A stretch of DNA of 64,000 bases from the NCBI RefSeq assembly GCF_037042905.1, contig NC_087252.1, forward strand, positions 22,012,001 to 22,076,000, written 5' to 3'. Origin of the DNA: Lytechinus pictus. Its lineage: Eukaryota. The translations under genes were made by a program, and so were the position numbers. The notes beneath the pieces were generated by a model. It had not been told where the DNA came from. It worked only from the letters and a program-made list of their open reading frames with translations, and searched no databases. Each line of letters starts with the position of its first letter. Positions within the stretch are counted from its first letter, which is position 1. Shown piece after piece: positions 39,501-50,100 of this stretch.

Positions 39501-40437
39501 GTCTGTGTTTAGAGCCATCTACACAAATCAACCTTTGCTTCGCCCTTTCACCCTTCGAGTTTCAACTATACATCACACCTGCAACCATCTACAGCAAATA
39601 CTTCACACCAACAACATCCTACAAGTAAGTTTGGGCCTGCTTTTTAGTTCGATATTCATTTCACCGTTGTCTCACACCAACTTTTGTCTGGTGATTATCT
39701 CTAAAGTTCCCTTTTAACCGCACTTTCCACCCTTTTTCCCTCACAGGATTTATATATTATTAATATCCCTAATTTTACCACACTTGATAAACCATTGTCA
39801 TATCAAAACTGATAAGGCATGAGCTGTGGACTGGTGGCACAATGTAATTTGTCTCTCTAAAAGTTAGTTCCTGAAGAAAAAAAAAATTGTAGAAACGTCA
39901 GAATTTTTGTGGTTTTGCAAAAGCCCCGCCCCTGCCACGGGCCCGAGAAATAGTTTTCCAGGCAGTAGTCTCGTATATTCTGCACTGTGCAATTGAAACA
40001 AGGGCCAGCCATGACTAGGACAGAGAGAGTAGGAGAGTAACCTCCAAATCCAATCACCAATGCCATGCCATGGCAATGCCCATGTTAACCGGTTAAGCTC
40101 CGCGGACGGAGGCTGAGCCGGCAATGCAGGCTCGCCGGGCGTGCCGCCGAGCCCAAACCCTGTCTTTCGCCTAATCATTGTCTTTCCACGCACTACTCAC
40201 CTGTGTGTGTTCCACGCTGCTGTTCTTTCCCGCATCCCCTTCGCCATTGGCTTTGGTATTTCCAGAAGTTCCTGCAGTACCTGACTTAGTATCCGAGCTT
40301 TCCTCTGGACTCCCACTTCGAGTAAGATAGTAGGCTCCAAATGCAAGTCCTGCCACTGCTATTGGGGCTCCGACTGCTATCGCAATTTGCCATTTTGTCC
40401 ATCCAACATCGCTCCCTGGCCTGCTACTCGCTGCCAT
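26006..40437 (-). CDS. TOMM70: Mitochondrial import receptor subunit TOM70, 11 exons, 572 aa
   Basis: Exons (minus strand) 40437-40201, 38303-38130, 36345-36219, 35355-35246, 34175-34057, 31704-31497, 30458-30324, 29722-29498, 28860-28763, 28132-28010, 26168-26006. All GT-AG and in phase (1719 nt). N-terminal anchor KWQIAIAVGAPIAVAGLAFGAYY; TPRs AKLRGNKYFKAGHYEQAI, YVKALFRRAKA, ANALIKRGS, DVYHHRGQ; C-terminal CDFAYETLGTIEVQRGN and EMEMAHLFSL. Confidence 0.97.
26346..26931. mobile_element. TTAA-flanked palindromic MITE (Kolobok-like), family A
   Basis: TTAA|AGGGCAAGTCCACCCC ... GGGGTGGAATTGACCT|TTAA. Near-identical copy at 42171-42770; degenerate copy at 55304-55694. Confidence 0.85.
27133..27725. 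mobile_element. TTAA-flanked palindromic MITE (Kolobok-like), family B
   Basis: TTAA|AGGGGAATGAAACCC...GGTTTCATTTTCCT with long internal inverted arms. Related copy at 46032-46622. Confidence 0.8.
29299..29436. mobile_element. hAT-like MITE
   Basis: TIR CAGGGATGTAGTCAAGG / CCTTGACTACATCCCTG with similar 8-bp flanks (TCCCTTGT/CCCTATGT). Other CAG...CTG elements at ~24920-25145, ~25188-25480 and ~51053-51473. Confidence 0.65.
30588..31052. mobile_element. TA-flanked TIR element nested in an older Harbinger-like MITE (~30528-31162)
   Basis: TIR CCCCAAGTCTGCGCA / TGCGCAGACTTGGGG. Host halves GTGTTTCATGAAGCTGTT... and ...TTATGAAACAC lie on either side. Confidence 0.6.
32459..33154. mobile_element. 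Harbinger-like MITE with AAGCAATTGCTT subrepeats
   Basis: TIR GGGCCGTATGCATAAAAACAAGCAATTGCTT / AAGCAATTGCTTGTCTTTATGCATACGGCCC. Confidence 0.8.
33245..34103. repeat. ~170-180-bp tandem repeat (5 units) derived from the TOMM70 exon 5 3' end, donor and intron
   Basis: The core TTACCTTGCGAAGTCATCCGGAAAGCAGTAATCTTCTTCACTTGTATTTGA occurs at ~33362, ~33540, ~33709, ~33879 and in the real exon at ~34053. Confidence 0.9.
36548..37280. mobile_element. piggyBac-like non-autonomous element
   Basis: TTAA|CCCTAATTCTCCCGGGG ... CCCCGGGAGATTTAGGG|TTAA. Confidence 0.8.
37277..37679. mobile_element. TTAA-flanked MITE (Kolobok-like), family C
   Basis: TTAA|AGAGAAATTCCAGTAGTTGCAGT ... AACTGGCATTTACCT|TTAA. 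Second copy at 47283-47685; partial copy at ~31860-32150. Confidence 0.8.
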
Positions 40438-41559
40438 CTTGGATTACGAAGTGAAACGCCATAAGTTGTGCGGTACGAACTATTCCCGCACGTGCGTGAT
40501 CATTGCGGCGTTTATTTTGCATTATCATAATGCATAATGATACGGAAAAAGCTACAAAGAATATTCCCTACATAAGAGATAGATTCCTTAACTGAGTGTG
40601 GTGTGATGAAGTTGCTCGGAGTCGGAGACATGCAGTCTCCCGGGGCAGTCTCAGAATTTTTAGCATTTATTTTATCAACCTTGCATTTTAGGGAATGAAT
40701 CTAGGTCTACATAAGATGCCTTTTAAAAACAATTCATTGGCCAGTAGAGAATCCTGGTTTGAAAAGTGATCGGGGGGGGGGGGGGGGGGGTTAGGGGCGT
40801 CCCACTATGGGTGGGGGCTCAATCCGGGGGCTCAATTAAGCTGTTATATTTTGTCGAGCCCCCCCCCCCCTTCAAAGAGAAACTGGTCTCTCACTCCATT
40901 CACCTCCAACCCCTTTTGACCGCCATTCCATTTAATTTTACACAACTTGAGTATTGTATGCTCTATTCAATTATAAAAATTCATCATTATTTTTTAAATG
41001 AAATATTACCATTAAAATATTTAGTATCATCATTATTATATTTATTATTATTTTCATTAGTATTGTTATTATTATTATCATCATCATCATGATTATTATT
41101 GTTTTAGGGAGTGGCGTACAGATCGATGCGGGGGCTTGGGGATCCCCCCCCCCCCCGAAAAAAAAAGGAAAGAGAGAATTAAGAGTAAAATATAATATTA
41201 TTTCCTCAATGTGACATCTAAATCTATCACAAAACTTGATTTTTGTATTTAAAAAGTAGAAATTTATTCTCGCTCGCTTCGCTCACTTGTAGCTTTCTAT
41301 GAACTTTGCCTGATATACACCAAATCTGGCACCATAAAAATTTTCGGCTCACGACGCCACCGATTTCAGTCCATGGTGGCAGACCTAGGTAGGGGTACAT
41401 CCGATATTTGACTAATTGTGCCCCCGCCCCCTCTCGAGAGCAAAAAATAAAATTATTGTCAATTAAAGGTTTTCCCCTTCATCTTTTATTTTTTTGTGGA
41501 AAATAGGTAAAAAATAAAAATGTCTTTAATAACGCTGAGCGGGCACCGCCCGGTAATTA

Positions 41560-42950
41560 AGCTTCGGCACCGCCCAGTAACTTTATTAGCTTGCGCTCGC
41601 ATTGCTTTATGAGATATACTGCTTGTTATTTATTTCAAAAGTGCTTGAAAGATCCAGTTTTCAGATCTGTATATTAAAAAATAATAATTTCGCGCTCGCA
41701 TCAGTAATATGGTTGCGTCAGATGCTATCCTGTTTTTATATTGCTATAAGGTTAAAAGAAGATGACTTTTTGGTCGGAAAAAAATAAAGATACGCTTCGC
41801 GCTCACATTAATAAAAATTTAATTAAATAGCTACCCTGTCCTTGATTTTAAAATAGGCTAATAATACCAATTTTTAGGCCGGAAATGACATATCTTCAGT
41901 ACACACTTCGCGCTCGAATCTAATATTGATTAGTAAAATTCCTATCCTGTTCATGATTTGAAAAAGTGTTACGATTGTCCAGTTTTTAGGTTAGAAGATA
42001 CAAACTTTCAGCCTGCGCTTCGCGCCCGCATTAATTGTTTAGATTCCTATCCTGTTCATAATTTTTTTTTTAAGTACTAAGAATGTCCATTATTTAGGTT
42101 GGAAAATAAAAAACATTCAGCTCCCGCTTCGCACTCGCATTCATTGTTTAGATTCCTATTCCGTTCATTATTAAAGGACAAGTCCACCCCAACAAAAAGT
42201 TGATTTGAATAAAAAGAGAAAAATCCAACAAGCATAACACAAAAAATTTCATCAAAATCGGATGTAAAATAAGAAAGTTATGACATTTTAAAGTTTCGCT
42301 AAATTTCACAAAACAGTTATATGCACATTGTGGCTGGTATGCAAATGAGGAGACTATGACGTCATCCACTCACTATTTCTTTTGTATTTTATTATATGAA
42401 ATATGAAATATTCTTATATTTTCCTCATTGTCAAGTGATACAACAATTAATTCCTCTCTGAACATGTGGAATTAGCTTTGTTTAATACTATATGGTTCAG
42501 TCAAGTTGGTCCTTATTGTCAAATCTGTAAAAAATAAAATATTGTATAATTCAAACAATAAAAAACAAAAGAAATAGTGAGTGATGGACATCATCGACTG
42601 ATTCATGCACCTAATTGTGCATTATGTTTTGTGAAAAATAAGCGAAACTTAAAAATGTCATAACTTTCTTATTTAACATCCGATTTTGATGAAATTTTCA
42701 GAACTATGCTAGTTTGAGTTTTCTCTATTTATTCAAGTCAGCATTTTCCTGGGGTGGACTTGACCTTTAAGTGCTTAGAATGTCCACTTTTTAGGTTGGA
42801 AAATCAAAAACTGTCAGCTCGCGCTCGCATCTATTATTTAGTTGAATTCCTATTCTGTTCATGATTTATTTGAAAAAGTGTTACGAATGTCTAGTTTTTA
42901 GGTTGGAAAATAAAAAACTTTCAGCTCGCGCTTCGCGCTCGCATTATTTA
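41560..42950. repeat. ~80-90-bp degenerate minisatellite (…TTTCAGCTCGCGCTTCGCGCTCGCATT…) interrupted by a TTAA MITE at 42171-42770
   Basis: Repeated GTCCAGTTTTTAGGTTGGAAAAT...CGCTTCGCGCTCGCA...ATTCCTATCCTGTTCATGA units. Confidence 0.75.
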
Positions 42951-43043
42951 TTGAGGCCTTTCATCTTTAGTTAGGAATACCTCCCCTCTTCGAAATATGT
43001 ATATATATAGGCCTATATGTATACATATTCATACCTATTAAAC

Positions 43044-43094
43044 GTCTGCTACCGGCGGTTTCACGCCCAGACTTGAGGACATCTTCAGGCAGAC
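43044..43094 (-). ncRNA. Type I hammerhead ribozyme (apparently intact)
   Basis: Minus strand reads GUCUGC-CUGAAGA-UGUCC-ucaagucu-GGGCG-U-GAA-ACC-gcc-GGU-A-GCAGAC. Perfect 6-bp stem I, both conserved boxes, stem II, short stem III and GUA cleavage triplet. Confidence 0.7.
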
Positions 43095-44152
43095 TGACGT
43101 TATTGACTATTTTGTGTGGTGCGGCGGGTCAATTTGACGCTTCGGTGGTTTCCGGTTTGGTCTCGAAACCGCCGTTAGCAGACGTTCAATATGAATATAT
43201 GCTCTGCTTTATATAGCATTGAGCACTTTGCACAATCATCGGCATCTCCCGTCACATCTAAGGATATATATATGTTTGAGTTAGTTATTCTGGAGAACAT
43301 AAAAACGGAAAACTCAATTGTGTCCCCCCTACCTTCAAGGAGAGATTTCCGCCCATGTACCCATGTATGTACTGAAGGCCCTCTGAGTCGCTCCTGAATT
43401 GAAACAGCAAAGCTTTGTATGTGCTAGTCTTTGCGTGGAGACACACTTGTTGATCAAAGTTTCAATCAGGGTCTGTGCCTGCAGACTATATACTCTCAAA
43501 CGGGACATAGACATTTTCGGGGGCTTTCCTGGGGATTCTTATATTGTTACTTTTTTTCCTCCAGAAACGGACCCATATATCTAAGGATTATTCAGTAGAA
43601 AAAAAAGGAACCCATGACTAAGGATTTCTTGCAATAGCAAGACCCATGTCAAGGGTTTTATTTTTATTTTATTTTATTTTTTGCAAAAAATGACCCAAAT
43701 GGAGCGGCACATCCCCGCGTATGCGATATACACGCAAGACCCCCCCCCCCCATCCCACGGGAATTGTTTCATGATAGAGGAGGAACTATTCTCACTTGCG
43801 TAGGCCTGTAGGAGGAAGGGGGGGGGGCTTTGGTTGCGCCCCCTGTACCCCATCAATTTTTTTAATGAAATAACTTGATGATCTTTTTCAATATATTTTT
43901 TTTTTATAATAGCAAACACAGTCATGATCGATGTAGAAACGCTGGTAAGAATTTCAACTGGAGATACATTCTTAAAGCTATTGGCCCGATGGAAATAATT
44001 TTCAGGCCACCGGGGCCTATTTTGGCATTTTCTTCAGCTGTTTCCAACTCAAAATAGCTCCACTCACCCCCCCCCCCCCTCATCCCCATCGACTGATCGA
44101 GAAACATTTATTTAGCCTGGCCCTTCTCCAACCAATGATGGCAGCATTCAAA

Positions 44153-47100
44153 ATGGCGGCCTCAGCAAAAGTCGTGAATATCCATCCGGTAGTTTTATTC
44201 AGCATTGTTGACTCTTTCGAGAGGCGGACAGATGAATCAGCACGTGTAATCGGAACTTTACTTGGTAAGTATTCAAGGATAATAACTTCAGCAAAATAAA
44301 ATAATGCCTTGATGGAGATTCTGTACATTGAAATGAATGATATTCCAGCGCTGTGTACCACACGTGATTTTGGGCTCTGGCATCTGCAGCTCCTGAGTCC
44401 TGGCCCGAGCCCGAGGCTTGTGTCAGTGACAGTGGCCAGTGGACGAGGGGGACTCGTGAAGAAGAGCCCCTATCTGTACACCAAGGGGGGGGGGGGGGGG
44501 GTGACGAAGGGCTGCCGGCTGAGCCTGACTCTGTTGTCGTGTTGACTGTTGAGTGTTGTCCTTCCTGTTTCGTGATTTTTTTCTTCACCAAATTGTGTCT
44601 TATTTTTTGTCATAAAAAAATAAATTAAATTTCGAAATTTCTTGTAACACTAACAGTTTTCTAGGGAAATGGTCTGATTGTAATATTCTTCACTTTCTAT
44701 AACTTTTTTTTCACAGAAATTTGTATAAAAAAGTGTAATTTTCTGCACTTTTCCTACAGCTCACGATTCCCATAGATGCGCGTGTATTTACTGTAAAAAT
44801 CTAAAATTAGCTGTGTTGGTGTTGGATTGTTAATGTTGGTGCTCGACTCATCTGAGTGTGATTTAGCAAATTAATTCAGTTACACTAGATCTAGTGGTCC
44901 TATTGTATTGATACCAGTAACCCTTGGGTAAACTTATTCTCGAGGTCGGACATCCGGGGATTTTCACTCGCAAAAGTAACTTCTGCATAGCAACCGATCG
45001 CGAGGGTGCAAACAAAGCCGGAACAATCATAGCAACCGATCGCGAGGGTGCAAACAAAGCCGGAACAATCGGGGCGCGCAAACAAAAGTCCATTGACTCA
45101 GCTGGGTTGAGATATACGTTGAGATGCCACCCCTCTTATTTTGATAACAATTGTCACCCCCACTTTCAAAATGAAATGATCGTGAGCATTTTTTTATAAT
45201 CTATATTTTGATACCAAATATTGGTAACTTGAGCAGGCAGCTTTGAAACATCGATTGCTTAATGTGGGCGTCTCAAATCGTCGCCCGAGAAAAATGGCAG
45301 CTAAAATTCGCACCGTACGGACCAAGCTTGCAAGTCCGAATTTGACTGCGCTAAACTCCTTTTTCTTTTGCTGGATCTTTTAACCAAATGTTGCAGCATT
45401 TCAGGGAATTACTGAGGATTAATATCAGATGCCACAAGACACTTTTCAACATTGCAAATGATTTCTAGAACCATTTTGGTCATGCAGTGACAGGTGAGTG
45501 GCGCAACAGTAAAAAAATTGCACATGGCGACTCACTGCGCATGTAGTGATGTACGTTAAAACTTCGGATAAAGCTGGCCATCTTGCCTTGTTCTTGGAAC
45601 ACCCGTACACACAACATATTTTCACCATTGTCCAGCAATTAAAATCAAAATGCAGTACAAAACGCGATGAAAATATAATATAACAGTTCAAATCAACGAC
45701 TTCCAAAAAACTTCAAGGAAACTGCACAGCCAACACGTACGCTCGCACCCTTTGTTTGCACCTTTGCCCTTTGTTGTTAGGGAAATCACGTGACTGTGAC
45801 GTCATGCCGACCTCGAGAATGAGGTATATATGGACTGCTCTGTATTCGGATGACGGTGGAACTCATCTCTCTCCAAAGTGCCTCAGTGGGGTGATAGAAG
45901 GGCTGGTATGAAAAGCACCTTGGGAATGACAATTTACACAGTCATCCTACTAAAGCAGTCAATGTTTATATAATGTTACATGTCATGTTCTCAAAAAAAT
46001 GTAATTAATGTACATTATCCATATTCCAAGATTAAAGGAGAATGAAACTCTTGGAGCAAGTTAGCTTTTGTGAAAGCAAAAAAATCAAAGAATAAGATCA
46101 ACAAAAGTTTGAGTAAAATAGGACTAGCAATAGAAGAGTTCTGAGCATTTGAATGTCGAGATCACTAATGCTATGGAGATCCTCCCATTGGCAATGCGAC
46201 CAAGATCTATGATGTCACAGATGAACAACTCTCCCCTTTTGGACACTGAAAATATACCCCAAAACATCTCTTTTTGCTCATTCTAATCATATGACAAACG
46301 ATTCATCAATGATATAATGTTGTGAAACCTCTGACTTGTCCTCTCATAAAGAGAACACCTCACCTTGTGATAGACTCTATAAAAGTGAGAATATAAGTGA
46401 AATAAGTACTAAAGTAATGAGGGAGTTGTACGTGTGTGACATCACAGATCTTGGTCGCATTGCCAATGGGAGGATCTACATGGCATTAGTGATCTCAATA
46501 TTCAAATGCTCATAACTTTCTTATTATTCATTCAATCTTCCTCAAACTTTCAACGATATGTTTCTTGGATTTTTCTCTTTGATATGGATTCAGCTGGTTT
46601 CAAGGGTTTCATTCTCCTTTAATAATACCCAAATAAATGATGAAATTTTTAAATTTAAAAACACAAAAAAATACATATGAGGAGGTGGGGGGGTCATTTT
46701 CAAATAATTCAAATAATTCACTGTGTCTATATACAAAGAGATCAATTTATTTTAGTGTAAAATGTAGGTTTATCAGATTGTAATTTGCAGAATTCATCAT
46801 TGATCTACTTATGATTCAATTAACATAATTCCTTATTGTGGCCTCTGTTTTTTTTTTTAATGTAGGTACGAGTATTCAAGGAGTTGTTGAAGTCACAAAT
46901 TGTTTCTGTGTGCCTCACAATGAATCAGAAGATGAGGTGAGTTAAAGCTGCTCGGAAATGCACCATCTTGATACCTATAGTACCTCGTATTGACCCTACA
47001 TCATTATCTACGATGCAACGTTTTGATATGTTCATTCAGTCGTATATATATGTTTATTAAGAATGATGAATAATTTCCTTGTATTTTTTACACTAAAGCA

Positions 47101-50100
47101 TCCATACTGCAATATTTTTCAAGAAATAAAAAATGTGTTTACTGTGCTTCTAGGCATTCCTGTTTCTTTTTTGAAAGATACCAATCTAATGGAAAAGAAA
47201 AATCAAAATTCACAATAATATCTGACTTTCTGATTGTTGGATTACAGGGTATAATGGGATGGGAGATTCACTATGCTATGAGTTAAAGCTAAATTACAGT
47301 AGTTGCAGTAAAACACTAATTTCGTGAGAAAGTCTGTAAAACCAAGGTGAAGTATGACTATATCATCGTGGATCTAGATCTGGTACTGTTACATAAACTG
47401 AACTTTGTGAAATCATAAAATCTAAGCTGAAATACCATCACACTGAAGATCGCTAACACAGATAGGCACACATGGGACAGTGTATTATTATTGCTGGAAT
47501 AAAGACCCGACGGAAGTGACCGAATCCGCGCTTATTTTGCTTATTTCTCAGCAATTACACAATTTCTTCCAGAATCCTTTGGCGCATATTTTTTATTCAT
47601 ACAAACAGACACTTGGGTGGTCATTATATAAGATTCTGTAAAGAGTCATTTTGAGATCATTACCAGAACTGGAATTTACCTTTAAATGCATAGACCTCCA
47701 GGTTCCAGCCCCATGATCAAAATGTAACAATGCATGAAAGATTATCTTTTGATCATGTTTCAGCCTGCTGCTCCACACATTGTTGACATAATTGTGGGGA
47801 AAAATATTTTCCTGGATGTTTAACACTTGAAATGCCTATAGCGACAATGTGTACATGTACTTGATTATTGTTGCCTTGAATAGAAATCATAGAATATTTT
47901 GTCTATATTTTGCCTCTATTTTCATTTATGTTTCTGTTTGATTTATTTTTTTTGTAGGTGGCTGTGGACATGGAGTTTGCCAAAAACATGTTTGAGTTAC
48001 ATAAAAAGGTGAACTCGTGGGAGAACATTGTAGGATGGTAAGTTGCATTTAACCAATTGGCCCCTGCCCCTGAATTCTGCGATTCCCATAGAAATTGCGG
48101 CACCCAGTTCCAGTAGGCAAGGGGTTAAGGGAGATACTCGAAGAAAAGTTCCACTGTCTAGGGGTAGTTTGTAGGCCTGTGTAAACACCCCATTTGAGGA
48201 CATTGAGATTTGCCGCTTAAATGTCCTGGCTGGAACTTGTGTCTACACTGAACCATTAGTTCGATTTCACATGGATGACACAATTTCTTCTGTTGTTTTG
48301 TGAAAGTAATTTTTTTACATCACATTTTGCAACATTGTTTATTTTAAAACCAAGTTACTTTTGGTGAAGTTTTTTTTCAATTCAGTTGAAGTAAACATTT
48401 ATTTTTCTTCCAATTGGCATGTTCAAATAGTGTGAGTTGGCTAACAGCATGGTACAATTTATTTAGTTATTTCCTCTTCAGACAGAAATATGAAGAAACC
48501 AGGTTGACTGGACTCTCAAACTATACAGCACTATCATTTGATACTGTGGGCGCCCTCTATGTTTGTTTTTTTACCCATACAGGTATGCAACAGGTAGGGA
48601 AATCACAGGTCACTCGGTGCTGATACACGATTACTATTCCAGGGAATGCCAAAACCCGATACACGTCACAGTCGATACGACGATGGCAGACCTCAACATG
48701 TCAGTCAAGACATGGGTTAGGTAAGTGATGGTTTTGTAAGGCACTTTGTTAGAAGTCATAGCTATGTCTTTCCTGCAGTAAATCTGCAAGTGAATTTTCA
48801 TTACCAATATACATGTGACCAGCCACCCCCAAAGCAACAGTAAGTTGCCCAAAGTGAATTTTGAGATTTTTATTGAATTGAAAAAAAGCACGTCCTGAGC
48901 TTTCAAATGATGCATAAATTGTCAAACTTGATCAACAACAACAACCCACAGTTATTAAACGCAGAAAATAATTTAGTGAGAGCTTCAAAGAATGAGGACA
49001 AAACAATGTTGGAAATTCAGGATTCACTGTGCAATCTCAATGACATTTCTAAGCAGTCCACAAAAACTTCTTTGTTTGCGATTCAACTTTACACCTTTAA
49101 ATTTTAATAGTGTAAAGGAGAAGAATTAATCTTTCAGATAAGCTGATTTGGCTTTTTGAAGACCGAATTAATATTCTGGCTATTTACAGAGAACTTTCCT
49201 TGGTGACTTATTGTTGCCTATAGGGAGGCTGTTCTCATATTATGAAACAATGGGGTACGCAGGAAAGCCTGTATGAAATGATGCATATTCTTGCTAAAGT
49301 AAAAGACCACACACAGACATTTGACAAGGGACCCAAGACTAAGATCACTCAAGAACTGAGAAAATACTTATTATTCTAAAGGCCACCGCACACCTTACGA
49401 CCCGACTGGTCTACGACTGGCTTGCGACTGAGTGAGGGGAGATGTGACGTCACAGCTCTTGTCAGCTTGATAGTCGCTGACCGGTCAAAGACAAGTCGCA
49501 AAGAAAATCGTAAGGATTTGACATGTCGAATCCTTATGACTAGATCGCAAGCTCAATCCAACTTCCAGCCAATCAGACAGCAGAGTTGCACGACGCGTAT
49601 ATGATAAACAACGCGCATACGCAGTAGTAAGCGCATTTTCTCAGTTGCTATAGCAAAAAGCGCATGCGTGAGTCGCAGACAGCATGGTAGTCGGATCGCA
49701 AGGTGTGCGGTGTCGAGGCTTATGACTACCTTGCGATTCATCCCCCCTTACTCAGTCGCAAGCAAGTCGCAGACCAGTCGGGTCATAAGATGTGCGATGG
49801 CCTTAAGATATAGCACCGATCGGGGCAATGGGAGTGAAGTTGTTTCTTCTAATATCGCAGCCTAACGACAGTATATCATAACATTAGCAGCCAATAAATC
49901 CATGGAAGAAAATTGTGAGATCCTTCATGAAGATGTTCCTTTCCATAGTTTGATTTTGTAATTGGAGGTTGGTAATCCAAAAGAGATAAAAGTTTAAATA
50001 TAAATATTGTTACTATACCAGATTTTACTTTTCATTTATTACCCTTGGGTGTATTGTTTCTGACATAACATATTTTCTGGAAAATAAACCGCGGCCATAG

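Noticed and set aside
45848..45948. Stem-loop GGATGACGGTG/CACAGTCATCC in eIF3F intron 1 as a snoRNA
   Set aside because: No proper C/D or H box arrangement, and the apparent upstream hairpin overlaps a transposon TIR.
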